64,000 nucleotides of DNA from Botryllus schlosseri (taxonomy: Eukaryota). The position numbers and the translations under genes are program-made. Of the stretch, positions 1 to 14,161 are shown in pieces; within the stretch, counting starts at the first letter, position 1; each line of letters opens with the position of its first letter. The notes beneath the pieces are model-generated. The model searched no databases, was not told the DNA's origin, and was given only the letters and a program-made list of their open reading frames with translations. The DNA lies in assembly GCA_051294905.1 (NCBI GenBank), contig CM119371.1, positions 16,556,001-16,620,000 of the forward strand, given 5' to 3'.

Positions 1-400
1 TAATAATATATTCATAACAGAAATATATTAAAACCGAAAGCTTTTCGAGCTGACACTCTTCAAATTATTCGGAAGAAAATATGAATTACAGAAGTTCATA
101 CCTGCATATTTTAACGTTTGTATCAGTAGGCGTATTGCGCGCGGCGTGATTTCATAGTTGCAAGATGTTCAATGACGAATTCAAAGTTCACCACCGGTTA
201 CTACTTCGAAAAAAGGATGCATTGCAATATGAGCCAGTCAACTCTAACCGAGTAATGTCGACGATCGAGTAATATCGATACACCGTTTGCAGTAGAGACC
301 ACATGATTCAGATCACAAAATTTTTTCTGTGACTGAAAAAGGTGCTTTTAACGCACAACCATTTGTTGACTGAGCAATTACTGGACAATCATATTCAGAT

Positions 401-2186
401 CAGACATGGGGTGATTACTTCATGAATGTAATCGATTGCGATTACGATTACTTATGAATCACGCGATTACGATTACGATTACGATTACAGCAAAATCCGC
501 GAGTAGTCGATTACGATTACGATTACTTTGGAAAAGTAATCACGATTACTCACGATTACATTCATTTTGCTTCTGAGAAGTTATCTTTGGAAGACAACAA
601 TGCGATGAAAACGCCTCATGAGAGAAGGTCTTTATTTTTAAATGAGATATAATGACGTCATTTCCTGTGTATGACATAATATACCATGGCATGATTCACA
701 CAGAAATAGGCATTTCGGTGCCAGCCAATACCGCGCCGCAACACAACAAGACATGCTACATTGGCCGAAACATTGTGTATTTGTCTATTGTCCATAGCCG
801 CGCTGGATGGTCGCGAAGAATAGTCTTTTCAATCTTAGCCCCACAATACAAATGCCACCGGGGGCACTCACTGAGGACAATGATGAACCACGTGCATAAA
901 TGACAATTTTTGGTGCGTCTCACAAAAGTTTTTCGTTTAGTTTTCTTTTCGACCGCTACGTTTGGGCGACTCCAATATCTGATGACTACATAGCAGACAG
1001 GAGGTCACGAGTTAACACCATACAATAAAGTTATAGTCGTAAATTATGTGCCTAAATATTCGCGCCTGGCGCGACTTGACAGCAAATTCACAGCGGATCC
1101 ATCGCATCAAATCGTGTTTTCCAGTTCTTGTGAAAAGCCCGGCCTTTAAGGGGGTTCTGGGGGACTTCGCCCGCCACAAGCTTTATTGATCGCCTTATGG
1201 GGAGCACAAGATCCCGATTTGTGAGAATGGCGGTGGCTAAGTGCTGTTTCGGTACTGATTCTAGCTGAAATCCACGCTAACATGGTGTGTAAGGGGATGG
1301 CTAGTGGCATATCCGAATGATGAGTATAAAATTGCGAAGGAACAATTGTTGCCCGTTTTAAGTAGGGCCGTATGAGAATATGATACGGTAAACATCAACT
1401 TCTGACTGCAATCCACTTAATACATATATTTCGATGTGCCGTTATACGAGTAACGGAAAATAACGGCTCGGTTATGATTTTTTTATCAGCAGCCTGGTTT
1501 TTAATGCTTCGATGTAGAAATTGTCATGTTTAATTTGACGGGTACAAAATTTCAAATCGTTGTCCATTATATACGTAAATAGGCCTACCGCTCGCCAATC
1601 AGCTACGGTCAGATTGCGTTTACCTAAGCATAACAAAACATCTATACATTGTACAATGTAGCCTACAATTTGTACATATACGTTACTATACGAAACTAAA
1701 CTAGGCCGTGTGGTGATTATTATCCTGCTGCGAGGTGGTGGCGTGTGCAGTGTAATGATCAGTGCAGTGACATAATCCACAGCGGGTGTTCTTACAATCA
1801 CAGTACTACATTATTTACATCGAATATCTATTTACTACGTGCGGATAATTCGTTACGCAATCAAGAACCAAGCTAATACTTGTGACGTAATAATGATTAT
1901 AGAGGCGTTTGAAAACCAGACATTTCTGCTATCCAAATCCTGTTTTCACACTCTTCGTTGCTCAATGCTCATGAATGTTCATAGTTCAGTTCATGTCATG
2001 GGCATTGCACAAATGAAAAGTAATCGTTCTTTCACAAAGAAATCGATTAGATATGTGAAGTAGTCGATTACGATTACGATTACTTCGGATTTTTTTCGAA
2101 TGTAATCGATTGCGATTACGATTACTTGGAAATGCTGTAATCGTCGTAATCGATTACGATTACTAATCACGATTACCCCATGTCTG
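401..2186. mobile_element. Non-autonomous hAT-type element with (GATTAC)n subterminal arrays
   Basis: TIR CAGACATGGGGT...ACCCCATGTCTG; perfect 8-bp TSD ATTCAGAT at 393-400 and 2187-2194; GATTAC arrays near both ends (~410-560, ~2060-2180); no transposase ORF. Confidence 0.92.
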
Positions 2187-2841
2187 ATTCAGATATGTCC
2201 GAACTTTGTCGAATGCGGACTGCACTACACTGAGGTGAAGTACAGCTAAACTTGACCTGTTTTTTACCGGTCGGGTAGCCGCTGACGAAACATAAATCAC
2301 CAAGTCCGCTTGCTATAGCCTTGAGTCCAATCGATGAATTTGATATGTTTTTCACATTAGCTCAACAATTTCACCAGCGGCCTTGTGCTCAATTCGGCTT
2401 GACTTTTTCCTGCTTAGTAGCAATTTGGTCGGGAAGCTGTCGTGGGCCCAACCAAATCGTCTCGCGAGCCTCACTATATCAGCGGGTGTATATATCTACG
2501 GAAGGCATTTAAACATACACCTAGCTGCAAATCTGCCAAAGAAACATACAATTGTAAGGAATTAGTTTCTACATAACAGTTCTACCATAAAAATCTAAAA
2601 ACTCACTTCATAGTTTTCAATTTGAATACAATAATGGGACAACTGCTCCTTGTTTATCATCTACAGTGCAATTGTAGTTGAATCATTCATTCCATCAAGT
2701 CATGCACAATCATTTCGTTCTCTTTATTATTTTTACACCGAGGTTTACTGTGTTCTCTCAAATTTTTAAAATGAACATAATTATTAGAAATATGCGTTGA
2801 TCTTATTTTCACGATAGGCTATTGCGTCAGTGGATCCAGCT

Positions 2842-3431
2842 TCAGTCATGAGTACTCCCTGGCCATCGCACAACAGCATTAGTCAGTATTGTCGTGGCAT
2901 TGCAGACCATTTGACAGTTCAAAGAAAAATATCCTTTCCTGCAACGATAAACTTCTGGTGCAGAGCCACCTGGGGCCTTTATTGGGATATAGGTGCCATC
3001 AATGCAACCAATGACATTTGGAACTCCACCATGTCGAAGAAATCATCCAATGGTGGGATCAATTTAATCTCTATTCTCTGATAGTGCCCGAGAAATGCAG
3101 TGGATGCTTCGGCCTGTGGTTGTCCGGCTTACACCAATCAAGTCAGCATCTGTTTGTTGAAAATGACCCGTAGCAAAAAATCGGAGAGCACAGATAAATT
3201 GCATCATGGGGTGCAAAGCGTGGCACCTTACATCCAACCGTGGGCTGTCTCTAATCATGTCCAATAGAATTACCGTAGCTCCCTTGGAAAATCTGTAGCG
3301 GTCAACGGATTCATTTTCTGAGTATTTTAGAAATGGGTCCGATATGTTTGCCAAGTAATGCCTGGACACAACAATTGTGCTCTCGCCGTCCGAACTGCCA
3401 TCTACCTATCTACGATGTCCAAAATATCCAT
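2842..3431 (-). pseudogene. PIF/Harbinger (HARBI1-like) DDE transposase fragment, disrupted and 3'-truncated
   Basis: ORF 3064-3369 reads RYRFS...ALRFFATGHFQQTDADLIGVSRTT. After a stop/frameshift the minus strand continues GVPNVIGCIDGTYIP...YRCRKGYFSLNCQMVCN...RWPGSTHD*, all canonical Harbinger transposase motifs. Confidence 0.93.
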
Positions 3432-6429
3432 ACTACAGACACAGTACCAGTTTGCAATACCGTCCTTAGAACTTATAACTGTGAATAAACCACATAGTAA
3501 TACGCATTAAAGCTGCAAAAGTAGCTTAAAATCAGTTGCGGAGTTAAACTAGGTAACGACGGCATTCCTAGCACATGACCAAAGTCGACGCTATTTCCAA
3601 CCAGCATTGCCAAAGCAATATTTACTACGAAGTCGATGGGTTGACATGGCAACCTTCCATGGATCACTACATTTTGCGTCATTTTGACGCAAAGGCGTCC
3701 TACATCCTTGATTTGTAGATCCACTATTTTCGCACGAAGATCCAATATTTTGGCGTGCGGATCATCTACTGCTAAATCGAGAGATTTTGGAACTCGCACA
3801 TTAAGCGAAAATCCAGGATGTTTGTACTCGTTTTTTTGGCCTCCACCATAAGACTTACCGTGCCAAATGTCAGGGTATGGAACATCGTCAAAATCAATGG
3901 ACACCAATACCGGCTTTTGAGTAAAATCTGTTCGCGATACATGACGGATCAGCACACACTCAATTTCGGAAACGGAATTACTACCCTAATCTTTAAGTAT
4001 CAACCCTGAAACTTGGGGCAGTGTTAAATACCACCATCACGACATAAAACACCAAGTTTCAAGAATTATCATGGTGTGAAACACCGTCAAAATGGACGTA
4101 TACCAGCGAAGATCGACTCAACGCATATGACGGTAACCGAGTTCAAATATAGATACGATTGTTACATCACAGCTTAAGGGCGACGCGGCTATGTTGCCCC
4201 ATGCACCTGCTCGGTAATTTTATGAATATGAGTGAGTAAATCACCGTTTCTTTATTGTGCGCGGCTGTGAGAGAATAGACAGTGAAAGCTTGTTTTGAGC
4301 ACTACCGGGGCATGCCCCCGCTAGGCATTCGCAAAGAAGGAAGAGAATTCGCACGGAAGAGAATTCGATTTTCCCAGAGACTTCGCTATATATGGGCATT
4401 TACAAGCGAAAGCACAAGAAGAATGCAATTTTCGCTGTGATATCGGTATATATTTATTGCTGTGCGTCTATAAATGATAAATAAATGGTATTGAACCGAA
4501 TTTAAGGTGGGGCAATGCCCCAGTTGCCCTATAGGACGAGTCACCACTGCTATTCACTATATAACAAACGGTAGGTCACGAAATTATACCATGCAACGAA
4601 GTAATTATTCCAACAGGCCCGCTCGAATATGTTTAATTTATAATTACATGCCATACATTTTCCAAGACGACATCTCACTCAGCTCTATCGGAAGATCTGA
4701 TACTTATGAGAGGATAAATGAAATTATATCAATATATAGGCAAATAAAAATCACCAATAATATTGACCGCTTCAGTCACGAGTTGTAGAGAATTTTCGAG
4801 ATCGGTGGAATTAGGTGACAAAAACTCTCTGTGTATGCTCGGTGTTGAATGAATGTGCTTACAACTACTGGTGAAAACATCTATCCTACTGTGGGGTCTC
4901 GGGGAAGGGCGGAACCCCCCAAAATTTAGTTGAACACCTTGTGGGTGGCCTAAGACCAACGGTTTCGGGGTGCGGGTGGTTTGCTTTTTGGTCCGGATTT
5001 TATGGATGGCCACTGGCAAAGTATAGCTGTTGTCAGGGGTTTTCGTGCGGTGCATTGCATTCGTAGCAGCCAGAATAGCCTACGTCTGGTGGTAGTGGGA
5101 AATGAGCAAGGTGACGCGACAAGGTGCTTGGTTCGAATCCGCAACACTTCTTCTCTCGCTGTGGCCGAAGAGAATAATATTATTCGAGATAGTGGTAAAT
5201 ACGCGGCCTATGTTACGGATCATAGCGGCTCTATTCTAGCTGCAAATTTTTTTGGCAAAGAGTGGAATTTGCAATAATACGATGATGGCGCGGCTGAATA
5301 CAGTTGTTAGCCGATAAAACAGTGGCTTCAACGATGACATATCCTGCCATACTTCTATTCTCCATTTGTTCGAGTGATATATTTTGTCCACCCTGCGTAT
5401 GCGTCGTGAGGAATGCAACCAATTCAACTGTAAACAAGGACGTTGGAATGTGTTTCATATCATTATATCGTGATGCGGGCTCCACCGGAGACTGGAGACC
5501 TCTATTATATTATCCATGTGACCGGCCTATTAGGGGTTTTGGCGTTTTAGCTTATGTAAATAACTTGTTTTTGGTCAGTGAAACGAATTCGCACTTTCTT
5601 GCCTCCTCGGAATTGGGTATGAACTATCAAGGTCATCGACCTGCTTCTATTGGGACTTGAAACCATAACACCGCAGTCTGGTGGCTATAATGTTGCCTGT
5701 AAACAAACTCGACAAGTGCAATACATTGAAGGAGACTTAAAAATCTCAGCATTTGCTAGAAATGTGCTAGATAGCACACCCATTTTTCAACTACTCATAT
5801 TTGCTTCGCGGGCCCGATGCGGCCCGCGGCCGTGTTTGACACCCGTGCTGTAAACGATTCTCGGCGGTAGCACTTTGAACTGGGCAAGGCAACTTTACCT
5901 CGACTCAGCGGAAAAAAATTGTTGTATTCGTTATATTTCGCATTGATTTCAATTTTTGAAGGTCCCCCGGTCCGGAAAATATTTTTTGAAATTTTACCGC
6001 TCCGCAAGGTGAATAAGGTTGAGAACCACTCATCTAGTATGCGTTACCGGAACAGAAATTCGCCAAAATCCGATATGTGACGTAGGCGAAACACAAACCT
6101 ATTCCCGACATCCTACCTGTAGTTTGATAGCCATCGTATTCGTTGCTCTATTGGTGAAAATGTTGAATAATTCATTGCAGCGGCCTTGCGATCCCAAAGA
6201 TGCTCTGAGCGTCTCGACACATAACAATGACTTCTGGCGTAGTAGCCGAGATATAGCTTTGTAGATTGACCCGAATTCATTAACAGTGATATCACGTATG
6301 GTGATATCGTGTATCTGGAGATGTAAGAATAGTAGTGTTAGTCCGCATGAGTAATTTAAATAAAGAGCTTGATTTATTGTATAGTAATTCATAATTAACT
6401 GTGGTGCGCCGCACCTTGCTTTCATTTAT

Positions 6430-7650
6430 TCATTTCAGTTATCCAACCATCACAGGTCACAGAAATGTGGCCATAGGCAAATCGAAATATCCGAATGATC
6501 AGCAAACGAACAAAACTTTCTAGTCCGTTGAATCTATCTCTACAGGAACAGATATGTGGTAATAACAAGATTGGCCTGAGCCTTGTTCTGATATAGCATT
6601 TTAGTAGCGATAACGAATGCCGTTGATTTGTCTTATTGAAGCTATATGACCATTGACCACGTTTAACGTTGAAGTAGCTATGCATATCGTTTACAACAGG
6701 AAGAGGTCACACAGAAGTGGGTTGAAAAACTTCAGTATTGGCTTCAATATCAGTTCGATATTCAGATATATTTTGTACACCCGGTATGTTTGAATCAATG
6801 TATACCTCATTTTCGTGTATGATTATTTTGGCGGATCCAATAGTCAATGATGTCCGGAGGCACTTCAGTCTACCAACGAATTGCTCCAGATATTTAACCT
6901 CGTCAGCGTGTTCCGCTACAAGGTCCAGTATATCGATCTGTAGCAAATTTCAAATGCCTAAATCACCCTAAAGTGATCCCAACTTCATGCACCCCATTGG
7001 TGACCTGCTGTATTCCTGGTGCCAGTTTCAGCAATACGGAGAGATTGGAGAGTTTCAATAAATAGCAGCGAGATATGGGCATAGGCGGCAGCTTTAAATA
7101 CTTTTGTAGGTAGTCAAGTGTTGCTAATCCGTCGTCGTCCAAATACCGTATACTTTCAATTTCCATGCGTCCGTGACCTTCAACATAAATAGCGCCAATT
7201 AGTTAAGGATGATGGACTAGTAAACACTAAACAGCCTCAATATTCAGCCTACCATATTATGGTGCATTATGTTCCGTTGGAATGTGATCGTTTCAATTTG
7301 AACGCAGCCAGCATTGCTTTTTTCAAACAGAGATTTGGCAATTGTAAGATATTGTTCCCCTGACATTACTCCTTTTATAGTTTGTACCAGTGAAATATGA
7401 GTCACCTTTTGCGAATACAAGCATACAATAAATAGTGGAGACATGTTCAAACTGGTACATACTTCTTTGTGATTGTATCTCGCTGTCAACGTCATATTTC
7501 CGAATTCAAGTTTAGTGCATCCCAGCTTGATCATGAACGGCGCAATTTGATCGTGTGAAACACGGCGCCGTGCTCTTTTATGGTCCAGTTCCACATATAT
7601 ATACTTAATTTGCTTTTCGGCTATCTGTGTATCACGCCGGTTCACAGCCT
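6430..7650 (-). pseudogene. Disrupted coding remnant with divergent LRR-like strands, probably a distal part of the NACHT gene
   Basis: Chain of minus-strand ORF pieces (7244-7645, 6963-7166, 6707-6946) separated by stops/frameshifts, with [IV]xx[IL]x[ILVF] motifs (IKYIYVE, VTHISLV, IETITFQ, IESIRYL, IDILDLV). Linkage to the NACHT exon is inferred. Confidence 0.45.
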
Positions 7651-8940
7651 GCGATACATGGAGTCACAACATTGAAAGCTATGAATTATAATACAAGTGT
7701 GTGCTAATCATTCAAAGGGAGAAAAACAATATTAAACCATGCACTTGTGCCTGGCGAGTGGCAAACATTGTTATATTCCAGTGATTCCCAACGTGGATGA
7801 TATCGCCCAACAGTGGGCGATTTTGAGGAACAAAGGGGGCGAAAATACCAAAGTAGGCAATTGGGGGGCGATAATGTTGGAACGTCCAATAAGATATATT
7901 TAATTATGATAAAATGCACATGAAGACGGCTTATGCTGCATATGACGCGAGAAAAAAGGTCAACTCAACGGAAAGTAGACACGGAAACCTGCGTTCATCA
8001 TCATCATTTCACCAATTGTTTTATCAAATCAATACACCACAAGATCGCGATATAAAGAAAAGATAGTAGGGTGCCGAAACGACTTGGGGTAGTCTTGTAA
8101 TCGGACAAGCAGGACGATTCTTAATTGCAATTCTTCATCAAGTGTTTATGGTCTTCTACTATCACCTCTTCGACCATGCATGGTAAAACCTTTACCAATC
8201 TACAATAGGTCGCTTATGATAACAACAATGAAAAACGAATGCTCATCGTAATCTCTGAATTTTTCGATTTCCAATAAGGTATTTAAAATATAGTAAGTGA
8301 ATATCTCTATCGCCCAAGTAAGAGAGCATAACGGGGCATTGGATGACGCCATATCGTAGAAACTTCGTTAAAGCGTATAACTTATTTATTAACGATAAGT
8401 CTTCGAGTTGAATAAATATTTCACTACAATGGATGTTGTATTGAAAGCAAACTTATTTATAGTTGGACATTGGAATATTGCGCTCCGCAAAGACCAACAA
8501 GTTGGAGAATTTGCCAGTTACCATGAGCTCTGCTTTAAAGACAACTACGGAAGATTTCAGGGTCTTTCACTGCCTTGGAAACGCGTTCGTCACTCTCATA
8601 ATAATCTAGCTATAATGTTGAGCTGTCATTATCGTTCAGCGGTTTTGCGATCATTAATTTTGTTTTTCTCTGAAGTAGTAAGGTGAATTTGCTCGTAATA
8701 AAAGCATACGTATTAGCAGGTAGCTCTTTTTGGGATTCCGTTTTCCTAAAAGCGTAGTGCTACTCCACACTAGGCAAACATTTCGAGTTGATTACAATGA
8801 TTATTTTACCACACTGCAGATCACCTGGCCCATGCATGAAATATCGATACAACTTCCCGGTGTTTATTGATTTCTCACGTTTTAATTATTAAGTCCTTTT
8901 TTGGGTCCTCACGGCTTCCGCGGGCCCTCAAATTTTGGTT

Positions 8941-9375
8941 CAGTGCTTTACAACTTGTGTGACGGTACGCACTTGTGCAAATGAAAAAAATTGCAGTGAA
9001 ATGACGAAGGTGTTGCGAATGGTGCGAACGGAAATCCGGACGAGTGCAAATGAAAATCGTGAATAAATATTATTTTCTCTGATGTGGAATAATTCAAATA
9101 TACCTGGGCAGTGTAAATTTTGTTTAACTTAACGACGCACCACTAATCGTAGCTATCACAAGTCGTAGTGAATTATTATTTGGGCACTATAATTATTACG
9201 TAACCGAAAGCCTGGTTCGGAAGCAGGTGTAGTGGCAGACATACAATATGTCCGCCCGTCTGAGCCTGCTATAGGCTGGAAAAATGACGTCCCATTGACA
9301 TTCCGCTTTCTTTCGCTAAACAATCATCATATTTTCGTAATAACGGCTCGATTAGAGCGAGGCACGAGTGGAAAA
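8941..9375. mobile_element. Partial DNA-transposon/MITE copy
   Basis: Starts CAGTGCTTTACAAC; aligns by eye to the reverse complement of 45735-46180. Confidence 0.7.
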
Positions 9376-9499
9376 TACCATCATTGCAGACTTACATTTG
9401 CAACCATTCAAGAGTCATTACAGTATGGAACGCAACGGGTATAATTTTGGGTCGACTGGGTGCCCGACCTATATCGATTATCATGTATGTAATTATGGT

Positions 9500-10600
9500 T
9501 GAATTTGTTACAAAAAAATCACGCGGTCGTTTTCACATATCCAAGGTCACTGTGTTTGGGACTGAAGCCAATAAACGTGACACGAAGAAATAGGCCTTGA
9601 TCATGAGAATATGCCGACCTTGGGTTTGAACTCATGATAAATTTTCTACAAATGTTTTTTTTTCTGGTAAACATGGACGGAGACCGTTGGGATAAACTGG
9701 TGGAGGGTTGTGCAACGAGCAAGTTGAGGCCTATGAGACTCACGCATAACGAGGCCAACCAATTCTGCGCTGGGGCACATGGAGACGTAACGTTTTGGCC
9801 AACATATCGCTGGTAAAAGGCGGTGCCAAAATTTAAACGACGACAACACATTGGCAGAAAATCACCAATACCGATGGCCAAACCTTTCGATTTGGATATT
9901 CTCCTCTGTAGGCACGAAATAGACCCGTTCTTGCAATCAGGGTACACATTAGTTTTACAAATGCGACACGCGAAGGAATTTAATTCACCGTAATTTGACA
10001 TCGAGTGCGTCTGACATGTTTGTTAGAGCTTTGTTTGGTAGAATTGTTGTGTGGGCGTTCCGTATGTCATAAATGTCCGTCAAATTGTATGTGTCTGCAA
10101 TATTTATACAACTTCTTGGAGGTACAGAACTTCAATATATATTATTTGAATACTATATTCATGTTGAAATGATCCGGATATTTACGGATATACACTCGTC
10201 AGGGATAATCGTCAGCAATTCGTATGGATTTATTGGAAATCGCGCTGTACGGTCGGTGAAAAGCTCGCCCTTGGCTCCTCCGCTCAAGATTGATGCGGAA
10301 CAATCAAATGTCATAAATTCTGCAATCGGCAAACAATTGTTGAATAATCTCGCCTGTACAAACAGTTATCGAGACGACAGATTTCGCGTCGTCGGAAAGG
10401 GCCATTCGCACTTTCATTTGTGTGCCTTGGAGTCGACTTTCATCAAAATGCACCAGCAAAAGCTGTGTCGCCAACACGAGTTCGAGTACCATCAAAAAAT
10501 AGTACATTGAACACTCTCGATATCGAGATTTCACGCTCGTGACGTCATATCTTGTGATACGATTGTTGATATACAATGTTCGATCCAATTTCCTACTAGT
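9500..10600 (-). pseudogene. Possible further disrupted coding remnant of the NACHT/LRR-like gene
   Basis: Minus-strand ORF pieces 10304-10588 and 9519-10001 in non-repetitive sequence, on the same strand as the neighbouring remnants; no diagnostic motif. Confidence 0.3.
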
Positions 10601-11506
10601 TGCTGACGATTACCCTGACGAGTGTCAGCCGAAAATATTCCGGCTCCTTTCAATATGTATGTATATAATATTCAATTGTATACTGTAATAATAAAAAATA
10701 ATTCCTTTTTATGGGAGAGGCGGGGGTCGCGAGATCCACATTTGAGTGGTAGTCTAAAAAGCTGCTTTAAGGTTATTGAACTGTTATGAATTCTCAAGTT
10801 ATATTGAACAAACGAGCCGACCACACAGTATCGTGAGTTTATTTGCTCTTCTCATTTACTCGTGAGACAGAAAATGGTAAATCGAAAAAAAAAATAAGTT
10901 GAAGCAATGTATCATGAGGTAGCGAGCTCTAATGTGCCTACTCTCCTTGATCATCATACTCTCAAAAATGATTTCTGCCAGCAAGCATTTTTAACTCGCA
11001 AAGAATACGCTGTATTTTAGATAGGAGAGCTGAAGAACAGTTATCAAGACCTGGCCATCCAAGCACTAGTAGACGTTCTTGTATGAAACCCAACATCTTT
11101 TTTGGCGGAGAAGGGTTTTGGAGAAATAGTTGAAATCAAAACGAGCGAAAAAAGCACCCTTTAAATTAGCCACTTGATAGCTTAAGCTTTACAGTAGCTA
11201 ATTTGTTGCACATCTGATTAAAATGTTCTTAGGTATCTTCATCTTCTTTTTGTTCAACAATTTTCGGCTAGTTTGTTTGAATGAAATTTATTTTACAAGA
11301 GAAGGGCGAATAGAGCTCAAAAAGGTTGAAAAGCACTGTTTTATTTCACAAATTAACTGTGGGCTAGTGATTAACAGCAGAAAATTTTTATTCTGGAAGA
11401 TAAGATCATATACCATTTATGTCGAAATTGGGTAGACTTTTATTATTTCATGAATAATTCTGTTGCGGCATATTTTGAAATACGTAGTTGCGTCTTGAAA
11501 GTACGC

Positions 11507-12677
11507 CAGGGGTGGGCAAACTTTAGAGATTGCGGGCCGCATTCAACATCTGAATCCATTCGCGGGTCGCAATATTTAAAATTGGGATTATAAACCAAAA
11601 CGCAACATTGGTATTTGATTATATAGTAAGGAGTGAGGACATGGAGGTAATATATAGGCCTATGCTTATTTAAAACAATCCAAACACTGCTTCGATGATA
11701 TCGTACAATCGTCTTAAACAGTGGCGAGATTTCATAGGCTGGTGGTCGACCTCAATAATCAATTTGTCGAAACTATAGTGATGAAAGTCGGTTGTCCCGA
11801 TTTTTAGAGCAGGATTGAAATTTAAATCTGTGAACAGCGATCTGTTCATAGATTTACTAATTCCACTTTTGGTTCAGTTCCAGGACACACAATGCTGACA
11901 GCATCATAGCCATGTTAGTTTCAAATACGTTTCTACTATGGGTAGATAAAGCATAAATACCCTAATTCTACGCATACAGAGAATGAATCTACCTACGACA
12001 CGCACTAAAATATTTTAAAACTGAAGTGGTCAATCTGAAATCACACTCGTGATCCGAATTATGTCAATATCGTTTAGGATTTCTGTGATGTTTAACAGCT
12101 GAAATCTTGCAATCTGCGTGGGCCTTGAGACGGGCTGTCGCGCCAGAAATTAAACATTAAAAATAATATAGGAAGCATTTTCCTTAGAACAGTGGTTCTC
12201 AAACTTTTTAAAACACGCCCTTATGATGATGAAAGGTGACGCGCCCACCTTATCGTTATATCACAAAATGCAACCTGGATGCTAGCAAACCTAACGGTTA
12301 GTTTTATGGCATGGAAGGTTACGGCTGCGGATGAGAGCTCTTTAAATATGAAATTCTGACGAAATACAGAGCAATAATGATGAAGGAGATGTAAATCGCG
12401 CGGAGCACGAAAATTTTTTTCACTTGAGCTCAGCTTCGCGCCCCCTTCAGATGCATTCACGCCCCAAGGGGGTACGTCCCCCAGTTTGAGAACCACTGCC
12501 TTAGAATTATCATGGTGAAATATTCTAAGAAAAAGTTTGATCAAGTCCCTGCATTAATTCGATTTTTAGTACGTATTTTATCAATGTTTTTAATAAGTTT
12601 CTTAAGACTCTCGCGGACCGCACAGAACGGTGTCGAGGGCCGCATGCGGCCCGCGGGTCGTAGTTTGCCCACCCCTG
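11507..12677. mobile_element. hAT Charlie/Buster-type MITE, family A (contains a nested MITE)
   Basis: TIR CAGGGGTGGGCAAAC...GTTTGCCCACCCCTG, GCGGCCCGC subterminal motifs, TSD AAGTACGC/AAGTACAC (7/8). Confidence 0.92.
12190..12498. mobile_element. Nested hAT Charlie-type MITE
   Basis: TIR CAGTGGTTCTCAAAC...GTTTGAGAACCACTG; perfect TSD CCTTAGAA (12182-12189, 12499-12506). Confidence 0.93.
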
Positions 12678-14161
12678 AAGTACACATATTAGATTTGATA
12701 TAGACGAGTGAATGAAATTGATTTCCACAAAGATAGATGGTGGAGAATGTACTAATAGTGTGTATCGATTCCGACGACATCGCAACATATATGCCAACAT
12801 TTTTTTTTAATGAACATATAACGTCAAGCCGAGACGTTTATAGCTAACAGCTCATCTTAGAGTTATTTCTGAATGGTGGTAATGTATATGATGGGAGAAA
12901 TGCATTTTTGCGAATATTTTGTACACACCTTGCTTGACCTTACTAACTACTAGATTTTTATTTTTTGCTAACCCTAACAAAACATTTGTAAATAGCAATA
13001 GTTTTATCAGTAGGTTATCGGCAATTTGACAATTTAAATTAGTTTGCACACTGGAAAATTTTCCTTCAGACGGCAATTCTGTTGATTTGAGTCATGTCGT
13101 TTTATCAGTTATGAAGCTGAGTGCCCAGTGAAGCCCAGTGAATTCACTAATAAAGAAACACAAATTAGGTTATCAACTATTTTTCTGATTTAAAGGTTTC
13201 GCGGAGCCTCTGAAATTGCTTGACTTGATTTGGCCACGCTAGATAATGACCAGCGAAGCCAATGTCGAGGCAAGTCTCGATTTTGTTTTTATGCGAGGTA
13301 GTATCGAGGTGTCGGTTAGGCTAAGCTTCATCATTGCGTTCGAGAAAGGGTTTTCATATAAACCATACACAGTGTAAACACTGTCCTCTTTTTTCAATTG
13401 TGATGAGTACATACTTTGTGTAGGCCTATGCTGGATCGTACTACATTTCGTTGTGGTTGAAACTCATCCTCATGGGCTACTATATTATTAAATTTGTCCG
13501 TTAATCTTTGTAGTTTATTTAGCTTACTTCACCAATTTCGCGGTTGTCTTTGATTTGTTTCTGCTGCGACGTGAACGTGAAATTGTTGCACTGCTGAAAC
13601 GCATCTCCCATCGTGTATATTTATAGTGAGGTATGCAACCACAAAACACAGTGAATCAATGGTTGATCAAATACGGTTAAAATCAGTCGTACGCTTCGCG
13701 TGCCACTTGGAAATCTCTCACATACAACAGTATAAGAACCACAAAAACATGGGTCGCATGTTGCATATACAAGACGATGTGACTGAGTATTCGAAATGGG
13801 ATCAGGTGGCATCAACTATGACTTCAATACCTACAGTCGTTGCTGCTTAAAAACTCCGTGCTTTGCATTTGACGATAAGATCAATGCAGTGAATTCTATA
13901 TGCAAGTAAGATATACACTTACCGATACCAGTACTGAATCAAATTCGAGTCTGATGTTGAACTCCCGCGTTCTTACTTTATCCCACGTCCCCGTCTTAAC
14001 AAGAGATATCAACGCATCCGACGCTTTCAGTTCATCGTCGATAACGAGGCTTGAATTCGTATTGCCGTGTGAGCACTGGAAAGATGTGAAATCAGTAATG
14101 CATTTGGTATTAAAAGCAATACCCGTAAAACGCTTTTCTATTCTAATATTTTTATATAAAC

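Noticed and set aside
410..560. Telomere-like or microsatellite GATTAC tract
   Set aside because: Explained as subterminal repeats of the TSD-flanked element 401-2186.
3473..3955. 160-aa ORF as the Harbinger Myb/SANT partner gene
   Set aside because: No Trp-spaced Myb/SANT pattern; the frame is partly held open by short ~21-bp repeats near 3715-3770.
4507..4549. Complete MITEs at isolated termini (also ~5815-5850, ~7779, ~25922, ~27970-28014, ~47170-47203, ~50700-50739, ~63680-63738)
   Set aside because: Only one end is recognisable in each case, with no partner TIR or TSD, so they were not annotated as elements.
5085..5145. Second tRNA/SINE (GGTTCGAATCC at ~5129)
   Set aside because: A B box only, with a weak A box and no cloverleaf or second copy; insufficient support.
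10073..10510. Plus-strand 145-aa ORF (and similar plus-strand ORFs at 13900 and 17143) as genes
   Set aside because: No motifs; these look like antisense shadows of minus-strand coding remnants or chance ORFs.
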